A DNA stretch of 30,556 nucleotides from a virus (IMGVR_UViG_3300029886_000071), one strand, 5' to 3'; numbered from the stretch's first letter, positions 17,456 to 27,303 are shown. Notes: generated by a model not told the origin, from the letters alone. Numbers and translations: made by a program.

Positions 17456-18784
17456 ATGACGTGGAAAGACAGACTTCAGGACGCGTCATTTCGCGGTGTG
17501 CCGTTTAAGGTTGAAGAAGAAAGTGCGGGAACCGGTCGTCGTGTGGAAACGCACGAATACCCGAACCGCGACAAACCCTATACCGAAGACCTGGGGAAAA
17601 TCACTTTCCGCCCGTCCATCACAGCTTATGTGGTGGGAGATGACTGCTTTGACCAGCGCGATCGCCTGATTGACGCGCTGAATAAACCCGGTCCCGGCAC
17701 GCTTGTCCATCCGACTTACGGTGAGCTGAAAGTCTGTGTTGACGGGGAAGTTCGGGTCAGCACATCGAAGAGTGAAGGGCGTATTGTCCGCTTTGACCTG
17801 AAGTTTGTCGAAGCGGGAGAACTCTCTTACCCCACATCAGGTGCGGCGACGGCGCAGACGCTGATGTCATCCTGTTCTGCACTGGATGACTGCATCAGTG
17901 ACAGCTTCAGCGGTTTCAGTATCGATGGCGTGGCAGATTTCGTGCAGAACGACGTTATCGGTAATGCCAGCATAATGCTTGGATATGTTTCTGATGCGAT
18001 GAAAGTGGTGGATTCTGCCGTATCGGATGCTGCCAGACTGTTGCTGGGGGATATCTCGGTACTTCTGCCGCCACCATCGTCAGGCAAAAATTTCGTTGAG
18101 CAGGTGCAGAAAATGTGGCGTACCGGGAAACGCCTTTATGGTAACGCCAGCGACCTGGTCACCATGATCAAAACGCTTTCCGGTGTCAGCCTCGGCAGCG
18201 ATCTGCAACCGCGCGGCGTCTGGAAAACGGACAGTAAAACCACCGCCACGGCGACGCAGCAGCGTAATGTGGTTGCCAGCACCCTTCGTACGACCGCAAT
18301 CAGTGAAGCGGCGTATGCCGTCACCCGATTGCCTGCGCCAACAACTTCCGCGGTGATGCAGAATTCCGCAGTGGGGCAGGCAACAACACCTGCGCAGAGC
18401 ACTGGCTGGCCTTCCGTCACGCATCCGGCACTGAACAATGCACCGGCGGTGAAAAACACGGTTGACCTGCCGACGTGGGAAGAACTGACCGACATTCGCG
18501 ACACACTGAATACGGCAATTGATAAGGAGTTGTCCCGTACAACCAGTGATGCGCTGTTTCTGGCGCTGCGCCGGGTGAAAGCAGATCTGAATGCGGATAT
18601 CAACACGCGCCTTGAACAGTCTGCACGGATCATTCAGCGCACACCGGATGAGGTTTTACCCGCGCTGGTGCTGGCAGCGACCTGGTTTGATAACGCGGCG
18701 CGTGACGCGGACATTATCCGGCGTAATGCCATTACGCATCCCGGCTTTGTGCCGGTGATCCCTCTGAAGGTGCCAGTGCAATGA
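17456..18784 (+). CDS. Mu-like DNA circulation protein (gp42-like)
   Basis: ORF 17414..18784; ATG 17456 has GGAG RBS; N-terminus MTWKDRLQDASFRGVPFKVEE... typical of this family; first gene after tape measure. Confidence 0.7.
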   Translation: MTWKDRLQDASFRGVPFKVEEESAGTGRRVETHEYPNRDKPYTEDLGKITFRPSITAYVVGDDCFDQRDRLIDALNKPGPGTLVHPTYGELKVCVDGEVRVSTSKSEGRIVRFDLKFVEAGELSYPTSGAATAQTLMSSCSALDDCISDSFSGFSIDGVADFVQNDVIGNASIMLGYVSDAMKVVDSAVSDAARLLLGDISVLLPPPSSGKNFVEQVQKMWRTGKRLYGNASDLVTMIKTLSGVSLGSDLQPRGVWKTDSKTTATATQQRNVVASTLRTTAISEAAYAVTRLPAPTTSAVMQNSAVGQATTPAQSTGWPSVTHPALNNAPAVKNTVDLPTWEELTDIRDTLNTAIDKELSRTTSDALFLALRRVKADLNADINTRLEQSARIIQRTPDEVLPALVLAATWFDNAARDADIIRRNAITHPGFVPVIPLKVPVQ

Positions 18785-19860
18785 ACGACAATGTCACGCT
18801 ACGGGTAAATGGCCGGGAGTGGAATGGCTGGACATCGGTGCGCATCGGTGCCGGTATTGAACGGCTGGCGCGGGATTTCAGTGTGGAGATCACCCGCCAG
18901 TGGCCGGGAGATGAGGGTATCACCACGCTTCAGCCGCGCATTAAAAACGGTTCAAAAGTGGAAGTGCTGATTGGTGATGAGCTGGTGATCACCGGCTGGG
19001 TGGAGGCGACTCCCGTTCGTTACGATGCCCGTTCGGTCAGCACCGGTATTGCCGGACGTAGTCTGACCGCTGACCTGATTGACTGTGCAGCCGAACCGAC
19101 ACAGTTTAACGGACGATCGCTGGTACAGATTGCGCAGGCGCTTGCTGCGCCTTTCGGCATTGAGGTGGTGAACAGCGGTGCGCCGTCGGGTGTTATTCCT
19201 GATGTCCAGCCTGATCACGGTGAAACGGTGATTGAGGTAATCAACAAAATACTCGGTCAGCAGCAGGCGCTGGCTTATGACGACCCGCACGGCAGGCTGG
19301 TGATTGGCGGTATTGGCTCAACGCGGGCACATACCGCGCTGGTACTTGGGGAAAACATCCTTTCCTGTGATACGGAGAAGAGTATCCGGGAGCGGTTTTC
19401 AGTTTACCAGGTGGCGGGGCAGCGTGCCGGAAACGACGATGATTTCGGTGAGGCCACCACCACCGCGCTGCGGGCCCGCACAGAGGACGCATTTATTGCC
19501 CGTTACCGTCCGATGTATATCAGGCAGACAGGGCAGGCCACGGGGGCAGGCTGTATTGCCCGTGCTGACTTTGAAGCCCGGCAACGGGCGGCGCGGACGG
19601 ATGAAACTACCTATGTGGTGCAGGGCTGGCGACAGGGTAACGGTACGCTGTGGCAGCCCAACCAGCGGGTGATTGTCTTCGATCCGGTCTGTGGCTTCGA
19701 CAATACCGAACTGCTTGTTTCGGAAGTCACTTTTACTCAGGACCAGAACGGCACCCTGACGGAAATCCGTGTCGGCCCACCTGATGCTTATCTGCCTGAA
19801 CCCGAAGCCCCCGGCGCGCGGAAAAAGAAAAAAGCCAGAGTACAGGAGGATCCGTTCTGA
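18781..19860 (+). CDS. Baseplate hub / tail protein (Mu P-like, P2 gpD-like)
   Basis: 359-aa ORF, start overlaps the previous stop; position in Mu-like baseplate block. Confidence 0.7.
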   Translation: MNDNVTLRVNGREWNGWTSVRIGAGIERLARDFSVEITRQWPGDEGITTLQPRIKNGSKVEVLIGDELVITGWVEATPVRYDARSVSTGIAGRSLTADLIDCAAEPTQFNGRSLVQIAQALAAPFGIEVVNSGAPSGVIPDVQPDHGETVIEVINKILGQQQALAYDDPHGRLVIGGIGSTRAHTALVLGENILSCDTEKSIRERFSVYQVAGQRAGNDDDFGEATTTALRARTEDAFIARYRPMYIRQTGQATGAGCIARADFEARQRAARTDETTYVVQGWRQGNGTLWQPNQRVIVFDPVCGFDNTELLVSEVTFTQDQNGTLTEIRVGPPDAYLPEPEAPGARKKKKARVQEDPF

Positions 19861-20408
19861 TGAGGACGATTGAAGCCATGCAGCGACAACTCCTCGGCCT
19901 GATTGGGCGGGCCGTGGTGAAAAGCATCAGTGCCGCCACGAAATGTCAGACCGTGGATGTGTCCCTGATTGCCGGTGAACCCAAAGCAGGGGTTGAACAT
20001 CTTGAACCCTACGGTTTTACCTCAAGGGCAAACAGCGGTGCGGAAGCGGTGGTGTTGTTTCCGGATGGCGACCGTTCTCATGCGGTGGTTGTTACGGTGT
20101 CGGACCGGCGCTACCGCCTGAAAGGGCTGCAGACGGGTGAGGTGGCTGTCTATGACGATCAGGGGCAGTCCGTGACGCTGACCCGGGAGGGGATCGTGGT
20201 GGACGGTGCAGGTAAAACGATCACGTTTCGCAATTCACCTGAAGCACGTTTTGAAATGGACCTGGAAGTGACCGGACAGGTGAAAGACCTGTGCGACTCC
20301 GGCGGCACCACCATGTCAGCGATGCGGCTTGCCTATAACGGGCATCGTCACAGAGAGAACGGTCAGGGCAGTAACACCGACAAACCTGATAAAGCGATGG
20401 AGGCATGA
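19860..20408 (+). CDS. Baseplate assembly / spike protein (gpV-like, Mu gp45-like)
   Basis: 182-aa ORF in baseplate block. Confidence 0.65.
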   Translation: MRTIEAMQRQLLGLIGRAVVKSISAATKCQTVDVSLIAGEPKAGVEHLEPYGFTSRANSGAEAVVLFPDGDRSHAVVVTVSDRRYRLKGLQTGEVAVYDDQGQSVTLTREGIVVDGAGKTITFRNSPEARFEMDLEVTGQVKDLCDSGGTTMSAMRLAYNGHRHRENGQGSNTDKPDKAMEA

Positions 20409-20833
20409 TGGAACTGTGGCTGACGGTGAACGGTAAACGCACCTGCGCCAGCGCACCGCTGGATCCGCTGACCCGCGCCGTGGTGATTTCCCTGTTTACC
20501 TGGCGGCGGGCGGAGCCTGATGACAACGCCGACGTCCCGATGGGATGGTGGGGGGATACCTGGCCTGCGGTACAGAATGACCGTTACGGCTCCCGACTGT
20601 GGCTGCTTCAGCGCAGCAAACTGACCAATCAGCTGGTGCAGACGGTAAGGGGGTATATCCGCGAATGCCTGCAATGGATGATTGATGACGGCGTGGTGTC
20701 CCGTATTGATCTGGATATCCGCCGCACCGGGATTAATGAACTGGGTAACAGTATCACTCTCTGGCGTCGTGACGGACCGGTAATGATTTCTTTTGATGAT
20801 CTGTGGAGTGCGATAACGCATGGCGGACAGTGA
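20405..20833 (+). CDS. Mu gp46-like baseplate protein
   Basis: 142-aa ORF; overlapping start and stop with neighbours. Confidence 0.6.
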   Translation: MMELWLTVNGKRTCASAPLDPLTRAVVISLFTWRRAEPDDNADVPMGWWGDTWPAVQNDRYGSRLWLLQRSKLTNQLVQTVRGYIRECLQWMIDDGVVSRIDLDIRRTGINELGNSITLWRRDGPVMISFDDLWSAITHGGQ

Positions 20834-21878
20834 ATTTCAGCGCCCGACGCTGGCAGAAAATATCAGTATGCTCCGTAACGATTTATTCGCCAGGCTGGAC
20901 GTCAGCGACACGCTCCGGCGCATGGATGAAGACGTGCGGGCAAAGGTGTATGCGGCGGCGCTGCATACGGTTTACGGGTACATCGATTATCTGGCAATGA
21001 ATATGCTGCCTGACCTGTGCGATGAGTCCTGGCTGGCGCGACATGCTGCGATGAAACGGTGTCCGCGCAAGGGGGCCACGGCTGCCAGCGGGTATATGCG
21101 CTGGGAAGGTGTCAGCGATGGCCTGAAGGTGACTGCCGGGAGCGTGATTCAGCGCGATGACCTGGTTCAGTACACGGCAACTGCCGATGCAACCAGCTCC
21201 GGTGGTGTCCTGCGCGTGCCGATCGCCTGCTCAAGTGCAGGCGCGGTCGGTAACGCTGACGACGGTACGTCATTAATCCTGGTCACGCCGGTGAATGGTC
21301 TGCCGTCTTCCGGCGTGGCAGATACCCTGACAGGTGGATTTGATACTGAAGAGCTGGAAACGTGGCGCGCCCGCGTCATTGAGCGGTATTACTGGACGCC
21401 TCAGGGCGGGGCTGACGGGGACTATGTCGTCTGGGCTAAAGAAGTGCCCGGCATTACCCGCGCATGGACATACCGTCACTGGATGGGAACGGGAACTGTC
21501 GGTGTGATGATTGCCAGCAGTGACCTGATTAATCCCATTCCGGAAGAATCAACGGAAACGGCGGCAAGACAACATATCGGGCCACTGGCCCCGGTGGCAG
21601 GCTCTGATTTGTATGTATTCAGGCCGGTGGCGCATAAAGTGGATTTTCATATCCGTGTGACGCCGGATACACCGGAAATACGAGCCGCCATCACCGCGGA
21701 GTTGCGTTCGTTCCTGCTGCGTGATGGTTATCCGCAGGGAGAACTGAAGGTGTCACGTATCAGTGAAGCGATTTCCGGTGCGAACGGGGAATACAGCCAT
21801 CAGTTGCTTGCCCCGGCGGACAATATCTCCATTGCAAAAAATGAGCTGGCAGTTCTGGGGACGATTTCATGGACGTGA
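20820..21878 (+). CDS. Baseplate J-like protein (Mu gp47-like)
   Basis: 352-aa ORF in conserved baseplate order. Confidence 0.75.
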   Translation: MADSEFQRPTLAENISMLRNDLFARLDVSDTLRRMDEDVRAKVYAAALHTVYGYIDYLAMNMLPDLCDESWLARHAAMKRCPRKGATAASGYMRWEGVSDGLKVTAGSVIQRDDLVQYTATADATSSGGVLRVPIACSSAGAVGNADDGTSLILVTPVNGLPSSGVADTLTGGFDTEELETWRARVIERYYWTPQGGADGDYVVWAKEVPGITRAWTYRHWMGTGTVGVMIASSDLINPIPEESTETAARQHIGPLAPVAGSDLYVFRPVAHKVDFHIRVTPDTPEIRAAITAELRSFLLRDGYPQGELKVSRISEAISGANGEYSHQLLAPADNISIAKNELAVLGTISWT

Positions 21879-22453
21879 CAAACGATGATTATATCCGTCT
21901 GTTGTCGGCACTGTTGCCGCCCGGTCCGGCGTGGTCAGTCAGCGATCCGGCGATTGCCGGTGCGGCACCGTCATTAACCCGCGTTCATCAGCGTGCGGAT
22001 GCCCTGATGCGGGAGCTGGATCCGCGCACCACCACTGAACTGATAAACCGCTGGGAGCGTCTGTGCGGTCTGCCGGATGAATGTATTCCCGCAGGGACAC
22101 AGACCCTTCGTCAGCGTCAGCAACGGCTGGATGCGAAGGTTAACCTGGCGGGCAGCATCAACGAGAATTTTTATCTTGCACAGCTTGCTGCCCTGGGCAG
22201 ACCAGATGCCAACATCACGCGATACGACAAAAGCACGTTCACCTGCTCATCGGCCTGTACTGGCGCGGTGAATGCGCCGGAATGGCGGTATTACTGGCAG
22301 GTCAACATGCCAGCTGCCACCAACACCACCTGGATGACATGTGGCGATCCCTGTGATTCCGCACTGCGTATCTGGGGCGACACCGTTGTCGAGTGTGTGC
22401 TTAACAAACTCTGCCCGTCGCATACCTACGTAATTTTTAAATATCCGGAGTAA
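21869..22453 (+). CDS. Mu gp48-like tail protein (DUF2313-type)
   Basis: 194-aa ORF directly upstream of the tail fibre gene. Confidence 0.6.
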   Translation: MDVTNDDYIRLLSALLPPGPAWSVSDPAIAGAAPSLTRVHQRADALMRELDPRTTTELINRWERLCGLPDECIPAGTQTLRQRQQRLDAKVNLAGSINENFYLAQLAALGRPDANITRYDKSTFTCSSACTGAVNAPEWRYYWQVNMPAATNTTWMTCGDPCDSALRIWGDTVVECVLNKLCPSHTYVIFKYPE

Positions 22454-22456
22454 TCC

Positions 22457-23236
22457 ATGCATCGTATAGACACGAAAACCGCGCAGAAGGATAAGTTCGG
22501 CGCGGGTAAGAACGGTTTTACCCGTGGTAACCCCCAGACCGGCACACCTGCCACCGATCTGGATGATGACTACTTTGACATGTTGCAGGAAGAACTTTGT
22601 AGCGTGGTGGAGGCCTCCGGTGCCAGCCTGGAGAAGGAGCGGCACGACCAGTTGCTTACCGCGCTTCGTGCGCTGCTGTTAAGCCGCAAGAATCCGTTTG
22701 GTGATATCAAATCGGATGGCACGGTGAAAACGGCTCTCGAAAACCTTGGTTTGGGAGATGGCTCGGGGCGTTACAGCAAAACTGTCGTTTTTTCATCGTC
22801 GGGTTCATATACGTGGCCAGCTGACGTAAAACGAATTGACGTTATTCTGACTGCGGGGGGCGGCGGTGGCGGTGGATGTAACGCGGAGAACGCAAATCAG
22901 ACATTTTCAGGGGCTGGCGGAGGAGCCGGAGGTACTGTTTTTGCCACTATTTATGCGACAGACAACGATGCCGGGCCAGGGACCTATACAGTGACAATTG
23001 GTAGCGGTGGTAGTGGTGCCAATGGGCCAGGGTCTGGAAATAATGGCGGTCATAGTTCGTTCATGACATTAACTGCGCTCGGCGGCCAGGGTGGGCAATG
23101 GGGCGGCGCTACAAATACCGCTGGCGGGCTCGGTGGTTCAGGCTCTGGCGGTTATAAAACTGAACAAGGCGGAGACGGTTCAGACGGACAGGCGGGCCAG
23201 GCGCTATTAGTAGGCAATGGGGCATCTGAGCGGTAA
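22457..23236 (+). CDS. Glycine-rich tail fibre protein, apparently interrupted by a frameshift near its 3' end
   Basis: 259-aa ORF with runs [21 protein letters not shown]; Gly-rich reading frame continues in the +1 frame to 23354. Confidence 0.7.
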   Translation: MHRIDTKTAQKDKFGAGKNGFTRGNPQTGTPATDLDDDYFDMLQEELCSVVEASGASLEKERHDQLLTALRALLLSRKNPFGDIKSDGTVKTALENLGLGDGSGRYSKTVVFSSSGSYTWPADVKRIDVILTAGGGGGGGCNAENANQTFSGAGGGAGGTVFATIYATDNDAGPGTYTVTIGSGGSGANGPGSGNNGGHSSFMTLTALGGQGGQWGGATNTAGGLGGSGSGGYKTEQGGDGSDGQAGQALLVGNGASER

Positions 23237-23354
23237 TCCTGGAGTTTGCTCTGGCTCCGGCGGCGGGGGTGCATACGATAATAGCTATTCACACACGTCA
23301 GGACGTGGCGGGCACGGAGCTAATGGCGTGCTGGTAATTCGGGAGTACATGTAA
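23217..23354 (+). other. Probable C-terminal continuation of the tail fibre ORF in the +1 frame
   Basis: Frame open from 23214 to TAA at 23352..23354 encoding ...[40 protein letters not shown]; ends 1 nt before the tfa start. Confidence 0.4.
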
Positions 23355-23759
23355 ATGAATGATGTTTATGCAGTTGTTGATAATAACGTTGTTATTAATG
23401 TCATTATCTGGGACGGAATTTCTGAATGGAAACCAGAGGCTGGTAATTTAGTTCCGTTAAACGGCGATGCTGGCATCGGTTGGTCATATTCAGACGGAGT
23501 ATTTACCGCGCCACCTCCCCCAGAACGCTCTCACAACGCGTTAGTTGCGGAGGCTGAGCTGCAGAAATCAGCACTACTGACCGTAGCAAATAACGCAATA
23601 GCACCGCTGCAGGATGCCGTTGATTTGGAAATGGCGACAGACGATGAACAGACGTTACTGCTGGCGTGGAAAAAATACAGGGTACTGCTGAACCGTGTTG
23701 ATACCTCAGCGGCACCCGAAATAGAGTGGCCTACGCAACCGGGGGAGCGGGCCAGTTGA
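23355..23759 (+). CDS. Tail fibre assembly chaperone (Tfa-like C-terminal domain)
   Basis: 134-aa ORF; C-terminus [45 protein letters not shown] matches the conserved lambda/Mu Tfa C-terminal motif. Confidence 0.8.
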   Translation: MNDVYAVVDNNVVINVIIWDGISEWKPEAGNLVPLNGDAGIGWSYSDGVFTAPPPPERSHNALVAEAELQKSALLTVANNAIAPLQDAVDLEMATDDEQTLLLAWKKYRVLLNRVDTSAAPEIEWPTQPGERAS

Positions 23760-23880
23760 TATCAGGCGCAGGGGCAGCATCAACTGCTGTCACTGCGTCG
23801 ATGTAGTCGAGTACCGCATTCAGCCGCCTTTTTTCATCATCAGTCAGTTTGCGGCCTACACCTCTCCGTTGACATCTTTG
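23741..23880 (-). pseudogene. Inverted 3' remnant of a second tfa-like gene (no start codon)
   Basis: Minus-strand frame encodes ...[40 protein letters not shown]-stop, a Tfa-type C-terminus, convergent with and overlapping the intact tfa 3' end; frame closed by a stop upstream. Confidence 0.4.
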
Positions 23881-24103
23881 TTATATGGTACAACTGCGCA
23901 GAGGCCTGTCTCTCCAATTGTGCCAGTTGAATACTACGATACAACGCTAGGTCTTCCAATATGGTATAACGTCACAGCATCATCATGGCAGAGAGCAGAT
24001 GGTACTAATACTTAGACTTTAAATTTATTTTCGTTTATTAATCATTGAAGTAAAACAAATTATTAGGCGAAAATGTAGCGAATTTATGTACTTATACATG
24101 TTA

Positions 24104-24144
24104 CCCTGAAGGAGAATTCTTTTAATAAACCTTCTCCTTCAGGG
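24104..24144. terminator. 13-bp perfect inverted repeat hairpin between the tail module and gtrC-like gene; putative terminator for the convergent transcripts
   Basis: CCCTGAAGGAGAA ... TTCTCCTTCAGGG with about 15-nt loop, immediately 3' of the gtrC-like stop. Confidence 0.35.
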
Positions 24145-24152
24145 GCAAATAA

Positions 24153-25610
24153 TTATTTGACGTAAATGTGGTTTCTGTATTTGACAAAAATCACATCACA
24201 CACGCTTTCAATATCTTCAGGTTGACCATAAATTTTCTTCACAATATTCAATTGTTCTTTATTCTCAAGAATAAAGAAATTATTTCCTTTGTTATACCAT
24301 TCGCTATTTGTAAGCCAGTTATCTCTTTTTATTTCATTGTTATTAAAAAGTATATTTGCTATTTTTATGTCTCCATTCACACCAACAGAGTTAGTAAATG
24401 TGAAAGGGGCATATCCATAATTTGCTTTGTGCTCGTTGATTTTTTCTCTAATACATGACATCTGATTGTATCTATTATCAGTGGAGCCATTAATATTTAT
24501 TGTTTTAATTCCTGATATTATACCCAAAAAAGCTATTAATAAAATAATGCTTTTTTTATTAAATTTAGATCTTGACAAAAGAATTACTGCCATAATGAAG
24601 ACGGGAACAAGGTATCTTATTGTCCATATATTTCTTGGGAGGTTACTACCAATATAAGCAGATGTCATGATTAAAATAGACAATGACAAACATATATCAA
24701 TAACGCTTCTGTTTTTAAAAAGATTTCTGAAAGTGAAGTAAATTAATGCAACAACACCAGCAAAGCGTATTGCTTTAGATAATAGATGCAGTGATGGTGT
24801 TATTTGCTCACCAAATATGTTTGCATTAAAAAACAATAAAGTTCCGCTTACTGCAGTATTTATATTAACTAAAATATTGTCATACTCAACAATCTTTACA
24901 TCTGTTAGTCCTGGCAATGTAAAGCTTCCAAGGTTTAAAAACAAAAAACCGATCGCCTTGGAAATTAAATATGAAGAAAACAATCCAGCCATTATAATAA
25001 GGTATTTCTTTTTTCTTTCCTTGTGCAACAAAAATATTGCTGCTAATGTTAGCGGTGCAACGTATATATAGACTGAGATATTATCGCTAAAAATAGCCAT
25101 AGAGGATAGTATGGTTGAAAAGTATACAAATAATATATTTTCTGTTTTAATATACTTTTCTGTAAATATTAAGCATCCAATGATAAATATGTATGTACCC
25201 ATGTGAATGCACGCTGAAAGCATTGATGTAACAGCCATGTCAGCAGGGAAAACAAAGTAGAATATAATTAGCGCTAATGCTAATGATTTATTTGTAGACA
25301 GCCTGTATATCAAAAATATCACAGTAGCATACATCGCTGGTGGTATTATATATGCAAGCTCACTGCTGTAGCCAAATAATATAGAGGCGATCGCATAAAA
25401 AGATACTTCTGTAAAGTAAAAAGGAACCGTGGATAGCATCCATCCATGAAGTAAGTAATTACCTTCTGACATATCCTTACCAAGCAAAAGCACTGTTGCC
25501 GCATCTGTATTTGGTGGGAATATGTTTAAGCTGGCAAAGTGATATAGCATAAACAATGACGCAAATAATAAAATCACGAATATAAATTTAATTTGTTTTT
25601 TGAAAATCAT
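24153..25610 (-). CDS. GtrC-like serotype-specific O-antigen glucosyltransferase (polytopic membrane protein)
   Basis: 485-aa very AT-rich ORF with many hydrophobic helices; third gene of the operon after gtrA and gtrB with 1-nt overlap with gtrB. Confidence 0.7.
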   Translation of the reverse strand: MIFKKQIKFIFVILLFASLFMLYHFASLNIFPPNTDAATVLLLGKDMSEGNYLLHGWMLSTVPFYFTEVSFYAIASILFGYSSELAYIIPPAMYATVIFLIYRLSTNKSLALALIIFYFVFPADMAVTSMLSACIHMGTYIFIIGCLIFTEKYIKTENILFVYFSTILSSMAIFSDNISVYIYVAPLTLAAIFLLHKERKKKYLIIMAGLFSSYLISKAIGFLFLNLGSFTLPGLTDVKIVEYDNILVNINTAVSGTLLFFNANIFGEQITPSLHLLSKAIRFAGVVALIYFTFRNLFKNRSVIDICLSLSILIMTSAYIGSNLPRNIWTIRYLVPVFIMAVILLSRSKFNKKSIILLIAFLGIISGIKTININGSTDNRYNQMSCIREKINEHKANYGYAPFTFTNSVGVNGDIKIANILFNNNEIKRDNWLTNSEWYNKGNNFFILENKEQLNIVKKIYGQPEDIESVCDVIFVKYRNHIYVK

Positions 25611-26527
25611 TATTTATTACCCTTTAATATATACTTTGGACGCTGCTTAACCTCAACGTAGATACGCCCTATGTACTCACCTAGCACTCCAATCCCAATT
25701 AACTGGATGCCGCCAAGAAATAATATTGATACAAGAATTGAAGGGTATCCAGGTACATTATTACCAAAAATTAATTTATCAATTATCATCCATGAACCGT
25801 ATGTAAATGATATACATGCAATAAATAACCCAATATAGGTCCACATGCGAAGCGGGAATGTTGAGAAGCTAGTGATCCCTTCCAGCGCCAAGTTCCATAG
25901 CTTCCATCCATTGAACTTTGTGCTTCCTGCAACGCGTTCTGCTCGCGCATATTCTACGACATCGGTTCGACCACCAACCCAGCTCAGCACACCCTTCATA
26001 AACAGGTTTCGTTCTGGCATGAGCTTAATATTTTCTACTACTTCGCGAGACATGAGCCGGAAGTCGCCAACATTCTCTTCTATCTGAGGGTTGCTGATTT
26101 TGTTATGAAGTTTATAGAACCACTCAGCAGATTTACGCTTCAGCCTGCTGTCAGTGGAGCGGTCAGAGCGTTTAGCCAGAACCATATCTGCACCGGCCTG
26201 CCATTTCTCTATCAAGTGAGGAATAACTTCGATAGGGTCTTGCAGATCAACGTCAATCGGGATAATTGCCTCCCCGGTAGCATGGTCCAGACCTGCGAAC
26301 AGGGCGGGTTCTTTGCCGAAGTTACGTGTGAACGACAGCGAAACCACAAGCGGGTCGGCAACAGCGAGCTCGTTGATTATTGATTCTGTAGCGTCTTTGC
26401 TGCCATCGTTTATGAAGACTATCTCGACTTCATGCTGCTGAAGCCCTTCAAATTCGCGCACAGTTTTATAAAAAATAGGTATCGTGGCCTCTTCGTTAAA
26501 GACCGGAACGACTAAAGAAATTTTCAT
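25610..26527 (-). CDS. gtrB: Bactoprenol glucosyltransferase GtrB
   Basis: 305-aa ORF; N-terminal GT2 domain ([11 protein letters not shown]...INDGSKD...) and C-terminal TM helices; 4-nt overlap with gtrA. Confidence 0.9.
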   Translation of the reverse strand: MKISLVVPVFNEEATIPIFYKTVREFEGLQQHEVEIVFINDGSKDATESIINELAVADPLVVSLSFTRNFGKEPALFAGLDHATGEAIIPIDVDLQDPIEVIPHLIEKWQAGADMVLAKRSDRSTDSRLKRKSAEWFYKLHNKISNPQIEENVGDFRLMSREVVENIKLMPERNLFMKGVLSWVGGRTDVVEYARAERVAGSTKFNGWKLWNLALEGITSFSTFPLRMWTYIGLFIACISFTYGSWMIIDKLIFGNNVPGYPSILVSILFLGGIQLIGIGVLGEYIGRIYVEVKQRPKYILKGNK

Positions 26528-26886
26528 TTCGCATCCCTAAAGACAATGAACTTTGAATAGACGAAACCGCACACCAGGCTGATGGCGGAGAAGGTGACAA
26601 GAGTTATCATCGGGGGAAGTGCGCATCTATCAGCAGCCCATCCAACAGTAGCACTGAGTGTTCCCATGAACCCGACATATAACATGTAGCGCATCGTTGT
26701 AGTTGATGCTTTGAATGTGAATTTTGCATTCGCGAAGAAGCTAAAACTCACAGCCACAACGAAACCTGCGAAGTTTGCCAGAGCCTGATTGGTATGCGCG
26801 GCATAGATACATACACCAAAAACCACCCAGTGTATAAGTGTGTTCAGCACACCAATCGAGGTGTACCTTGCAAATATATTTAACAT
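26524..26886 (-). CDS. gtrA: GtrA flippase-like small membrane protein
   Basis: 120-aa four-helix hydrophobic ORF; sequence closely matches my recollection of K-12 YfdG (GtrA family); first gene of the operon next to attR. Confidence 0.9.
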   Translation of the reverse strand: MLNIFARYTSIGVLNTLIHWVVFGVCIYAAHTNQALANFAGFVVAVSFSFFANAKFTFKASTTTMRYMLYVGFMGTLSATVGWAADRCALPPMITLVTFSAISLVCGFVYSKFIVFRDAK

Positions 26887-27047
26887 TTATTTAATCAATG
26901 AGTTCTGAAAGGTATGAAGTCTATCATCCAAGTCTCAATCGATCGATACTTGCGGTAGTTGATGAGGAAAACTCTGGTACACAAAGCTTTGCACTGGACT
27001 GCAAGGTGTTGTGCTTCTCTGGAGTGCGATATGTTTGATGACAAAAA

Positions 27048-27084
27048 ATTAGCGCAAGAGGACAAAAAATCACCTTGCGCTAAT
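27048..27084. other. 11-bp perfect inverted repeat hairpin at the inner edge of the attachment-site arm
   Basis: ATTAGCGCAAG ... CTTGCGCTAAT with 15-nt A-rich loop. Confidence 0.3.
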
Positions 27085-27092
27085 GCTCTGTC

Positions 27093-27244
27093 TCAGGTCA
27101 CTAATACCATCTAAGTAGTTGATTCATAGTGACTGGATATGTTGTGTTTTGTAGTATCATGCAGTCTATTTTTTAGACTAAATGTATTTTAACACATTGA
27201 TATTATTGGCTTTTGCTGTTTCGCGTTCAGCTTTTTTATACTAA
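27093..27244 (+). mobile_element. Lambda-type attR: phage P-arm (arm-type Int sites, IHF/Xis region) plus 15-bp core
   Basis: AGGTCACTAATACCATCTAAGTAGTTGATTCATAGTGACTG... through GTTCAGCTTTTTTATACTAA closely follows the lambda attP P-arm as I recall it; followed by bacterial B' arm CTTGAGCGAAACGGGAAGG. Confidence 0.8.
27230..27244 (+). other. 15-bp lambda att core (overlap region) GCTTTTTTATACTAA
   Basis: Exact match to the canonical lambda core sequence. Confidence 0.85.
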
Positions 27245-27303
27245 CTTGAGCGAAACGGGAAGGTAAAAAGACAAAAAGTTGTTTTTAATACCTTTAAGTG
27301 ATA

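Larger units (their letters stand above)
1..27244. mobile_element. Integrated prophage, right arm from the late-control region to attR; left boundary lies outside the window
   Basis: Contiguous phage modules (Q-like, lysis, terminase, portal, protease, capsid, sheath, tube, tape measure, baseplate, fibre, gtr cassette) ending at a lambda-type P-arm plus 15-bp core at 27093..27244, with host ybhB-bioA-bioB immediately beyond. Confidence 0.85.

Noticed and set aside
24466-25071. Small plus-strand ORFs inside the gtrC-like gene (24168..24458, 24466..24657, 24817..25071)
   Set aside because: AT-rich DNA produces many short frames; they are antisense to a long hydrophobic ORF that fits the gtrA-gtrB operon structure.
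26887-27092. Dam/OxyR phase-variation signature in the gtr regulatory region (multiple spaced GATC sites)
   Set aside because: I found only one GATC (about 26941..26944) in the region upstream of gtrA, not the paired GATC-containing half-sites described for phase-variable Salmonella gtr operons.
1-27244. Integrase, excisionase or repressor genes within the window
   Set aside because: None found; with lambda prophage orientation these lie next to attL at the far (left) end, outside this window.
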